A DNA stretch of 62,656 nt, counting the filler, from Porpidia crustulata (lineage: Eukaryota): assembly GCA_964255105.1 (NCBI GenBank). It is 8 parts of 8 records of this genome, joined end to end, with 100 filler letters (N's around TTAATTAATTAA, not from the genome) between each part and the next. Parts side by side here need not be neighbours in the genome. Positions count along the whole stretch, not along the records: positions 31,406 to 39,145 come from CAXUWE010001243.1; positions 39,246 to 46,984 come from CAXUWE010001244.1; 6 more parts are not named here. One strand, written 5' to 3'. Under the pieces are notes generated by a model. It saw only the letters and a list, made by a program, of their open reading frames with translations, was not told where the DNA came from and searched no databases. The position numbers were made by a program, and so were the translations under genes. Position 1 is the stretch's first letter; each line of letters begins with the position of its first letter. Below, in pieces: positions 35,169-45,463 of the stretch.

Positions 35169-38100
35169 ATGGCAGGCGGACCAGGTCCTAGACCTACCAC
35201 CAATGGCAATACCAACGGTGGCCTGGCCATGGCCATGCCGCCTCAGCAGAGAACCAACGACGCTCAAATAGGCGGAAGTGGAGCTGGGCAAAATGGGGGC
35301 ATGTCGCAGCAAAATCTTAACGGTATTGTACGAAAGACAATTTTTCCATCTTTATTGCTCAAAAGATGCACTATTTTGTTATAACTTATAGCTATACATT
35401 TCATGTTACTCTGTATGTACAGTTTCTCAAATTTCTTGTTTGGAGAATATAGCACAACGTTTGTCGTGCTTTCCATTTACACGGCGGACATGTTGAGCTG
35501 CAGGAACACCTTTGTGGTACACATAGCCAAGCACTTGACCAAAGGAAGATGGACTGCTACAATACGTTGAAAATTGCTGCTCTTAAATTCAATATCAACT
35601 ACAATACATTTCCAATGAATCACGTCTTCATTGTGCGCAACAAATTCTCGACTTCACACGCCCAGTCACAACCGTCAGTGACTGTGCACTCGCTGCTATG
35701 AATACACCCGAATATAAGGGCGGCCGTCCTGCTAGAGGGTCTACAAAGAGGGTACAAGGGCCTACAAGGCGGAGCACGCGAATTGAGGACGCTGAACAGG
35801 CACCAGAATCCAGCACCGACACTTTGTCACAGTCACTGAATCCATCCAAGTCGCGTACAGCTAGGAATTTCAAGACACCAAAATCTAGAAAACGCAAGAC
35901 CACAACCACAGCAGAAGGTGGGACCAATACCGACCAAAGAGAGTCCTCGCCCTTGATATGTGGGCACGATTCCGCTAAGCCGTCGAGTTGTTCCATCCAG
36001 CCAAAAGCCAGCATCAGTAACGATTTAGTAATACCACAGCGGCCTGTATCGTCCGGAATGGACCTCAACATCTTGGGAGGCGAGCCTATGTCGCCTGATT
36101 ATAGTAGCCCATACAAAAACGATCAAGATACAGAAGAATCTTCAACAAAGGTCCAGACACAGTCACTGAAACCAAAAGTGTCTTTAAATCAAGCGCAAGC
36201 GCCTCATGCGTTATCTAGCCGTCTTTGGACTACAGAAAATATGACTGCTGCAATGAGACTGGGAGTTAGCGTGATCGATTACGTTACTACAAAAATGCTG
36301 GCTCCCCAGATGACAAACGAAGAGCGCAGGGCCGTGGTCAACGCATCCGAGGATGTATCAATTGCAAGTGTACAGCAGACACAAGATCCAGCATATCCTC
36401 CAGTGCCTTCCATGAAAGTACTACCGTCGACTCAATTGCCACAGCCGTCTCTATTTACAGTGGCATCAAACAATCCTGGGGCGTCTACTTTAGGACTCAG
36501 CGATAGTGCGAATACTAAGATGCGTGGAGCTATGGGTGGAAACTCAAACACACAGAATCACAGGCGTGATGTGAGGTGGCAGGCTGGCGACGAGGAAAGA
36601 AATGCGAGTCGTCCGGAGTCTAGAGGTCAATTTGTTGCGCCACCCAAGACTGGAGACGGGCCCCAGAGAAACTTCGCTTTTCCGGCTAGCCGTGCCTTGA
36701 ATAGAGGCACGTTTGGAATGTATCAACTGGAGCTAAATGTGATTCCTCCGGGTGGTTTGGCAAGTCGCCCGCGTTCTCGAGACCCTACGGTGGGTGCCGT
36801 CACTATGTCTGGACTTCTGTATCTGTCATCTGACAGGACACGGCCTCATGAAAAAACTTTTGATGCAAAAATTCACGGAACGATGCTTGTACCTCAGTAA
36901 TTAGTGAACGCCGCAAATGTTGTCTACAAGTTATTTCTACTTCTTCATCTTCATATTGATGCCGCTTCACCATTTCACCCCCATCCTCAAACACTTCTCT
37001 ATTTCAAAGTTCATGGCGTAACTCTCAAATTTTCAATCACTCTCGTCTGCATTAGTAAAAGCCAAGATGAGTGCTAATGTAACATACCAGGTCATTGAAT
37101 ACCTTTGCAAAAAAGGGTACGCCCGAACTGAGGCGATGCTCCGACTTGAATCTGCAAATCAGGATGCTGAAGGAAAGCCAATACATGCAAGAGCTGAGGA
37201 TGCAGGGGGGGCAAAGTACGGCAAAGCCTTGGGTAAACATTGAAACCTGAGATAATATATTGCATACGTCATAGACTGAATTCGTTCGCAGAACTTATGC
37301 AACGATGGGTGGAGGAGAATTTGGAGATATATAAGGTGAGATACCCTCTTTGGGTATTAATTATTGGTCCTAAGAGAGATTCAGGCCGACCTACGTCGCT
37401 TACTTTGGCCTGTCTTTGTCCATTCCTTCTTGAATCTCGTATCAGACTACTATCCTAGAGAAAGTCGCAACTTCTTCAACTCGTTCAAGCTGCACTTCAG
37501 CAAGGAACACGCGGACGATCTTCGAGTTCTTGAGCCCATAAACCTTCCAGAGCACGTCGTAACAAACGATATCGCTAAGATCTATCGAGGTGCGAAATAC
37601 CGGGTGACGATGAGTTCGACAGCTTTCTACAACCTCTGCCAATTTCTAGAGAGTAGGGAGAAAGAAGGCGGCACTGTCATACTTAGCATCTTATCGAGCT
37701 GTCTCAACATAGTTACTGTAGAGCGCTCCGCGGACGATCAGCAAGGCCTCGCAAGACTAGTAGACAGATCGAGAACAATAGAAGATTTCCCGGCTGAAGA
37801 TGAAGGTATACCGGGTCACAATCCTGGATCTGCGAATCTCGACCGCAATGCAGGATCTACGGTACTGACAAGATTGAGACTCGCACCTCTGCCTATGGAT
37901 CCGGACCTAACAGGCGACGTGAGGGCTGAATTGGAATCAGAAGACGCATTAAAGCCACCGGTCAACGGTCAGAGCTCGCTCATCCAGCATTTTGAGCAAC
38001 ACATCAAACGTGAAGAGAGCGAAGATGCGCCCAACCGTACCGATATTCCTTTACCTCAGGCTTTAGCCCGTGATGTCGCCATGGAAGTCCAGAAGGTCAA

Positions 38101-39145
38101 AGAGAATAGGGATCGATTCAAAATTGAGGGTAGGACAGGGGGCGTTGGGCCCGGTGTTAGCGTAACCATGTTCACGTTCCACAACACCTTCGACAGCATC
38201 ACGTGCCTTGATTTCTCCCAAGATAACCTTCTTGTCGCAGCCGGCATGTCCGAATCCTATATCCGCGTCTGGTCTCTTGACGGCAAAGCCCTCCCCTCGA
38301 TAATTCCCGACACCCAGCCCTCAGCCTCACGCCGCCTAATCGGCCACTCCGCTGCCGTCTACACCGTCTCCTTTTCCCCTTCGACCACACCCCCGACCTC
38401 TTCAGACCCTACTATTCCCTCAACAAGATCTAAACACCTCCTCTCTTGCTCAGCCGACAAGACTGTCCGTCTCTGGTCCCTCGAAACCTGGACCTGCCTC
38501 GTCATCTATAAAGGCCACGAAGAACCTGTCTGGGATGTGACTTGGGGACCATTCGGTCACTACTTCCTGACCGGCTCCCACGACCGCACCGCACGACTTT
38601 GGTCCACGGACAACATTTCGTATCTACGCATGTTCGTCGGCCACGATCTCGACGTCGACACCGTGGCCTTCCACCCCAACAGCGCCTACGTCTTCACCGG
38701 CTCTTGCGACAAGATCGTCCGCATGTGGGCCGTCAGCAACGGCTACCCAGTCCGCATGTTCACGGGCCACACGGGCAACGTGACCGCGCTGGCCTGCAGC
38801 CCCAGTGGCAAGATCCTCGCCTCCGCCGACGACGGCGGCATGATCATCCTCTGGGACCTCGCGCCTGGCCGCCTGATGAAACGCATGCGCGGCCACGCCA
38901 AAGGCGGCACCTGGAGCCTCAGCTGGAGCGTCGAGAGCTCCATCCTCGTCTCCGGCGGCGCCGACGGCACGGTCCGCGTGTGGGACGTCGCGGCCGGCAA
39001 TGACGCCAGCGGCGGCCCTAGTAAAATCGTGCCCGAGGGCGGCAGCGGCCAGAAAATTGACGGCAGCGCGGGCGCGGCGGGTGTGAATGGCGCGGGAACC
39101 GGTGCGTCTGTGGCGGTTGGGCCCGGCGGTGGTGGTGGTGGTGGT
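35169..39145 (+). CDS. TAF5: TFIID/SAGA subunit Taf5 (LisH, NTD2, WD40); exon 1 35169-35327, exon 2 from 37091, 3' truncated
   Basis: ...MSQQNLNGI|VIEYLCKKGYARTEAMLRLES (LisH), LRRLLWPVFVHSFL (NTD2), SVTMFTFHNTFD, WD40 repeats (LIGHSAAVY, GHEEPVWDV, GHDLDVD). Confidence 0.95.
35698..36900 (+). CDS. 400-aa intronless ORF nested in TAF5 intron 1; unknown, S/T/P-rich, basic cluster KSRKRK
   Basis: Uninterrupted ATG-TAA ORF of 1203 nt lying wholly inside the predicted intron 35328-37090. No recognisable domain. Confidence 0.55.
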   Translation: MNTPEYKGGRPARGSTKRVQGPTRRSTRIEDAEQAPESSTDTLSQSLNPSKSRTARNFKTPKSRKRKTTTTAEGGTNTDQRESSPLICGHDSAKPSSCSIQPKASISNDLVIPQRPVSSGMDLNILGGEPMSPDYSSPYKNDQDTEESSTKVQTQSLKPKVSLNQAQAPHALSSRLWTTENMTAAMRLGVSVIDYVTTKMLAPQMTNEERRAVVNASEDVSIASVQQTQDPAYPPVPSMKVLPSTQLPQPSLFTVASNNPGASTLGLSDSANTKMRGAMGGNSNTQNHRRDVRWQAGDEERNASRPESRGQFVAPPKTGDGPQRNFAFPASRALNRGTFGMYQLELNVIPPGGLASRPRSRDPTVGAVTMSGLLYLSSDRTRPHEKTFDAKIHGTMLVPQ

Positions 39146-39245
39146 NNNNNNNNNNNNNNNNNNNNNNNNNNNNNNNNNNNNNNNNNNNNTTAATTAATTA
39201 ANNNNNNNNNNNNNNNNNNNNNNNNNNNNNNNNNNNNNNNNNNNN
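39146..39245. other. Artificial contig linker
   Basis: N44-TTAATTAATTAA-N44. Confidence 0.99.
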
Positions 39246-40910
39246 CTCCCCGCCCTTCAACCTCATCCCACCAAACGCCTCGCAGCTCCTCCAATCCCAG
39301 AAACAAACGCCGCCGCCAGCGTCGCCGCTCATGACAAACCCGCCGTCGGGGCTGATGGCGACATCGACGGCGTAGCCGGCGGTATGGTGGCCCTTGAAGG
39401 CCTTTTTGCGGTTCTGGCGGAAGCGGTCGGTGGCGCTATAGACGACGATCTGGTTGTCGCCGGACTGGAAGGCGACGGCCTTGCCGGACGGGTGGAGGCA
39501 GGCGGCGGTGAGGGAGAACATGTAGGGTTCGACGATGCGCTTGATGGGGACGCCGATGCCGTACTCCCAGACCATGGCGGCGCGGTCGTCGGCGGTGGAG
39601 TAGAAGCGGCGGTCGTGGTCGATGAAGGTGAGGGTGTTGATGGCGCCGAGGTGGTGGTCGTAGGTGTTGATCATGTCGCCGCTGCGGCAGTCGTACTGCA
39701 GGATGGTGTTGTCGGACATGCCGGCGAGGAACTCGTGCGATTGCGACGGGTTGAATTTGATGACGTGCGGGATCTTGCCGTTGCCGAATTTTTGGATCGT
39801 TTGGCCGGTTTCGGTGTCCCAGAGGAGGATCTTGCGGTCGTAGCCCGAAGAGAGGAAGGAGGTTCCACCAGGCGAATAGTCAATGTCGCTGACCGACTTG
39901 CTGTGGCCAATGTAGGTTCGCAGCAGTTCGCGGTCGAAACCAGTATCCCAAAGTGAGATTTTTGTGTCGGCAGAGGCGACGAGGAGTAAGTGTCCGGATT
40001 TAGGAAAGAATCGAATGGCGTTGATTGCTTTGGTGTGGTATTTGTAGGTATGTATGAGCTTTTTGGGAATATAATTCTTGAGAATCTCCGACTCCCTCCG
40101 TGGTGAGTACATGAAGCTTCTACCTTGGTAATCCCGCAGTCGTTCCTCACTGCCATGCCATTCCGTAGTAGGCGAATTCGATATGTCCTCTTGGTAGTCC
40201 GTGGCCAAAGGCGCTGCTGTTGCAGGTACAGGTTCAATATCATCTTCGATGTATTCCTCGTCACTTGCTAGCTCCTCCCCTGCGATGGCTGCCTCATCTT
40301 CAAAGGCAAGGTCGTCATCTCTATATCTTCGCCAAGGTCCTAGATATCGCCCTTCGCCTTCGACAATACTAGCATCCCCCACTTTCTGTCTCTTCGCGCG
40401 CAGCTCTCTACTTCGATTTTTTAATGGCACCAGATCCAAACTTCCATATCTTTGAGCGCCAGAAACATCCCCAATGTCCGCACCAACTCCATTTGGATTT
40501 CTAGCATAGCCTTTCACACTCTGGTAGCTGTTATGATTTGCAGCAAAAGTAGAATCACTGATATGAATTTCTTCCGCACGGCCAGTGAGAACGTTTTTCC
40601 GCTTCAGCGCGTTACCATTAGCATTTTTGAAAGGATGCGCAGGCCCTTGTTCTGGGCGCGACAGATCGGCATACGGGATATTGTAGGTTAAAGTGGTATC
40701 AGTCGGTTGAGCCAGCATCATCTGCAAGCGCATAGGGTCCTGTGAGATGTTAGCTTGGGCACCCAAGACACGGAAATTGTAGGACCAAACATCTAGCGAT
40801 ACTTCGGGAGCAGCGACGACTGAAGCGTTAGTAGTCGCATAGCTCCTTCTAGCGGGAGGTGGAGAACCTTCTTCGTTGCTCGATTCATACTCCTGACCGA
40901 GTAAAGCCAT
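39246..40910 (-). CDS. PRP17: Pre-mRNA splicing factor Prp17/Cdc40 (WD40), 3' truncated
   Basis: LTYNIPYADLSRPEQGP, GRYLGPW, DYQGRSFM, IPKKLIHTYKYHTKAIN..RFFPKSGHLLL, YDHHLGAIN, FRQNRKKAFKGH. One short in-frame intron near 40741-40791. Confidence 0.95.
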
Positions 40911-41511
40911 GATAGCTGGACTCACTGGAATTGAGGGCCAAACCTTTCTGGAGAGAATCCACGGTTGTATTGATAGATCGTAATATTTCAGTACCATTGA
41001 CTAGTGCCCGCGGCTGATGTCTTTTAAGCGCGATATTGTAGGCTTACTTGAATTGGTCACCAGACAGTAGACACTACCTATGCAGAGAGCTCACGAGGTT
41101 TTAGGCAAGCTATAGTTCTCTTATCCCTTCGCTAGTAGATGCTATAATTCCATGCTGTTGAGATAAAGCCTTTATGCCGGTTCAATTGTTTTCATTATTA
41201 AGTCTTCTCGTCTCCAGGTATGAGTATGATAAGCCCAGGTATAATCAACTTAGGAATTCATTCATGAGAATCGTACCAAAGCTATTCATTGCTTCAGCTA
41301 GGACAATACCTTCAGCTACCTGCTACCCCAAGACCCCAAACCTGCGTATTGGCTTCTATCAAAATAGTCTGAAAGCAGTGTGCTGGAGTGGATATAACGA
41401 TGCATTGCTGGGGGCCTGACAATTTGGGATATGCCATGGCCCAGGTTATTCCGTGCCGGCTACTCAAGATTATCCTCCTTCGCGCATACTCTTACTTGCA
41501 GCCGCTCGTAG

Positions 41512-42265
41512 TCAATGCGATTCGTCCCTTATTAGCGCCACTGTATACCAGTATGAGCATGTAAGCGAGTGGACTCGATTGGTAAACTTACCTATCATTG
41601 AGTATAGGTAGAAGAAAAACATTATCAAATGGAAGCCCAGTTTTACAAATGATTCCTATGCCCAGTATATAATGTATTAGCCTGATACTCTTCGACTTTC
41701 CATTTTTTCAACAAAAACCGGCCAGCCCTCTTACCTTTTTGTGTACGTTGAGCTTCCGGAAGATTTCGGTAGCATCAAGAAGGTGTTGGTTCTCAAATAT
41801 CCTGTGATATATCTTAGCCTCATCCTTGTCATATGCTGCAATGCTATCTAGCAGTTTGCTTGTACTTCTTAGCGTTCCATGCCAACAGCGGTAGGTTGAG
41901 GACTAGGGCAATCCAATATCCGTTGATCAAGAACAGGAAGGTTAGGAAAGCGTGTACAGCCGCCTCAGGTACAATGTAGGTGTTGAGTCTATTACAGAGG
42001 TCGATGGGATTGATGTAATCACTAGTCAGGTTAGCCTGATGGTCTCCTAACGGTACCACGCACCATGGGACGAAGCGCGTAGAAACACGTTCTCCCCCTT
42101 CTCCGGGCTGTTACGAATAGTGTCTCCGCCTCCCGAGTATGACGCTGAGAGATCCACATACCATTCTAGGTCGCTATACATGATTGTAAAGAAGACCTGC
42201 AGAAAGAGATTTACGGCATTTATCAGTACCGACAGGAGGTACAGCCATGCTTCGCCTGACATCAT
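41512..42265 (-). CDS. ERV14: Cornichon family ER cargo receptor Erv14, 5 exons
   Basis: VNLFLQVFFTIMYSDLE|CDYINPIDLCNRLN..PEAAVH, HLLDATEIFRKLNVHKK|ESFVKLGFHLIMFFFYLY, ..ALIRDESH*. Confidence 0.96.
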
Positions 42266-43105
42266 GAGTGCGGTATTGTACCACCGAATGCGTGGTATAA
42301 CAGCGGGTTCTTAGTGAAGGTTTGGTGGCAGCGAGCTTATAAATTTCGAAGCAAAGCTTGTGCTTCGGAAGCCGATGATGTCGAGGCACGAGAGCTGCTT
42401 GCGGCGGGGATACCAGCTTGGTCCTTGGATGGTTAGTTGAACGAAAGAACTGGCGCAAGCGAGGAGGTAGATGCGAGTTTAAATGCAAGCTTGGAAACTC
42501 TTTACTTTTCTTATCTGAAGCTGCAATGAAGGTTTGCATCAATTTGAGCTATCTAATCGCGTGGTAGACTAGATCACTAGGTATCGATGGAAATTATCAG
42601 GATATCTAGTCACGGAGCAAAATATTTCCGATGCCGAGTACGTATTTATCTAGATAGGGCTTTACAACTCCAACAGCGTCTGTCATAAGATCGCTTCATC
42701 CACGTTTGCTTTTCGTTCGGCATAACGATGCGATGCACTCAACCGACCACGAGAGAGCTGCATGCCATTGTTGCACAGCCTCGCCAGTCAAATCTACCTC
42801 ACTGTACATGTAATGCTCGAGTAGAGAGCTTGTTGATCAGGAACACCACGTTCTCTATGTACAAGCTAGCCCAGCAAACCATTTCATCGCTCTGTTGACC
42901 ACAAGCAGCTCTTGATTATATTGTAATCGTGTTTCATGTTGATGCGCAAATCAGCAAGCTTCAAGCAATGTACCCGCATGTTTTATTTCAAGCGACTTTG
43001 CTCAAATACTTATTGACATACATTTCTTCCATCTTCCCCGTCGTATCATTGTACTTGTGAAGAGTGTTATGGTCGATCGAAGTTCTCTGGAAGACTAATC
43101 ACAGT

Positions 43106-43675
43106 ATGCTCACAAAATCTCTTGTTTACGTTCTATTCAACCTCCAGGTAATATTCGCTGTTGCTGTCGAAAACAATGCTCCCCTCTTTCCCACTAAAAC
43201 GAATCCCACCACGGTCATCGATGGTCATATAACAAACACCACTATGTCCGCACCGATTCAGCGTCCGGAGGCTCTATGCTTTCCCCGATGGGCTCCAAGG
43301 CTACTCCCCGACCACATGGGGTGTAATACTGCACTATCCCACTTAATCTCTGAACCTAATCAGCAGGAATCCCGCCGATGGGCTAGTCCTGAGTCCGGAA
43401 CGCTTATCGTACGCCAATGGCAAAGTACGAGATGTACATTTGCGCTGATGGCGAAGACGGCAAGCGCAAGGGATAGATTCAAGCTAAACGAAGTCTCCTT
43501 GGCGGCGAGCTATACCATGATACGTTGTGTTCTATCAGGCCCCATGAAAGGGGGAACACTGATGGTAGGGAATAGGGAGGTTTTCGAGGTTGTCGTTGCA
43601 GAGCGTATTCCAGCGCTTGATCTGGAGTACCAAAGTGCTGGGTTAAAGGAGGCGAGGGCGGATGGAGGCATCTAG
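43106..43675 (+). CDS. Small secreted 4-Cys protein (effector-like)
   Basis: Signal-like MLTKSLVYVLFNLQVIFAVA, T/P-rich pro-region, Cys pattern ALCF..MGCNTAL..TRCTFAL..IRCV..GG..VG. Single exon, 189 aa. Confidence 0.7.
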   Translation: MLTKSLVYVLFNLQVIFAVAVENNAPLFPTKTNPTTVIDGHITNTTMSAPIQRPEALCFPRWAPRLLPDHMGCNTALSHLISEPNQQESRRWASPESGTLIVRQWQSTRCTFALMAKTASARDRFKLNEVSLAASYTMIRCVLSGPMKGGTLMVGNREVFEVVVAERIPALDLEYQSAGLKEARADGGI

Positions 43676-45463
43676 GTGGTGTACCCAAGGGGAGGAGAAT
43701 CAACCCTACTCTTACACATTTGCAATATTGTGGAAGGAGCAATCTCGCTGTGACCAATTTCGAATGCCTTCCTCAGCCCTCAGGTCTTACTAAGTCCAAA
43801 TGCAAGGATTCAGGAATCCTAGGACTTTGTCTTCACTCTTTCGATATTTGACTTCGAGGTAAACAAGAAATCAAGAAGAAGGGGAAATTTCGCAAAGAAT
43901 CCGATAATAGACGAAAGGTCGTCTGCGAATACTCCAGGTAGCTGTATAGGCTCAGATCAGCTCTGGTTTTACGGTCACGCCCTCTTCCTTATCTGCCAGC
44001 TAAAATCCATACTCCAAATCACTTGTTCACTCTGGTCCTTATACGGAGTCGGATGGTTCAAGTTCCATTTCAGGGGTTAAGCACAGGCAGAATATCGTGA
44101 TGTGACCTCGATGGAAGCAAAATAAAGCTTGGAAATACATCAGTGTACGATATTGATTGATCGAGGGATTTCTAGGAAAGTTTGCGTGGGGGTTTTCGCG
44201 TGTGAGAGCTCCTTTGGGTGCAGCTCAGTCTCGTTACAGTCGCCCTGGATTTAATCTACGCGCACAAATCGTTGGACGTTTCGACAGTGATCGGTAAGCA
44301 TATTGGTGTAAGTAATGAACAGACCATATACCTCACCGCTGCCTGCTCTAACATAGCCCCTCGTCTGACGGTACAACTAATGACCCACACACAGACACTG
44401 GGACCTCAACTGAGGATCGTACCATTGAAATATACAAGATATCTAATTCCTATTCGTTGACTCAGACTGGCCAAAGCTGGTTACGCCGTCTGAAACTCAT
44501 GCTAGTACTCTATTCAGCCCCAAATCCGAGCAGGTTTCGTAACCATGACCATAGTAGGAGTTGTGCAGAATGACACGAAGGTCCAGACAGAGCGTTTTTA
44601 AGCCCACTGTTTCTAAAATCGGCAAGTACTCGCGGTCTCATCTCAGTCATTATTTTGGAGAGCTTTTCAATATGTTATTGCAATTGAGATGATAAATTTC
44701 CAACTTTAACTTTAGACCCTTCGTCGAGGCAAATATCCACGTATGAATCATCCTTAGACGCTCAATCTATGGATTTATCGTTACAGACGAGCTTCCTCTG
44801 GAGCCTCTGTTTTCGGCATTATCATCTTCGACTCCGTTTTCAAGACATTGCTCGTGGTCTCTCTCGGCTGTCATCCTGATGGATTCCAGGCATCGATGTC
44901 TTCCGGCTCCGAACTTCCTCTTACCGGGAAGCTGACCCATTGAAACGTCAAGACAAGATCACTTAACGTCTTCGCTGCAACAGATTCTAACCATTATAGC
45001 TTGTCATCCCGATACGGTCGTGGAACCTCAACTTCGTACCGTGGGTGGCGTAGAACCTTGGAAGGAGATATCTTATCCTCGACCATCACTCAACCGTGCT
45101 CAATGTCTTGGTTTTTGACCAACGATTTCGATGACTCCGCCCATGAATCTCATCTGACCCACATTTCAGGAATGACGACGTATAACCAAAACCTGGTGAT
45201 GCCTGGTCAATGATGGTCTTGCCTCATTCGCATTTATCAGCCCACAGTCATTTGTGGAACCAAGCCGAGCACCTTCGCTCAGCAGTTGAGAATCAGATAT
45301 TCAGGGTATGGCATCCTCCTCGCTATCTCGTAGTATCTATAAATGAGCGACGAGCGCGCTGAATTCTAGACTCTTGTATTCATGTCTTTCTTGTTACTCA
45401 TTTGAACGGTCTCACGCTGTATTTGAACGTTTGTTCTACTTTTACTTCAGATCTCACCTGATT

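Noticed and set aside
39121..39300. TAF5 and PRP17 as a convergent WD40 gene pair or fusion
   Set aside because: They are separated by a linker, so the adjacency is artificial. The (GGT)n run is poly-Gly coding at the contig end.
38542..40264. Long overlapping or antisense ORFs over TAF5 and PRP17 (similar ones over the 45464 gene and GH128)
   Set aside because: Expected shadow ORFs of GC-rich, codon-biased coding sequence.
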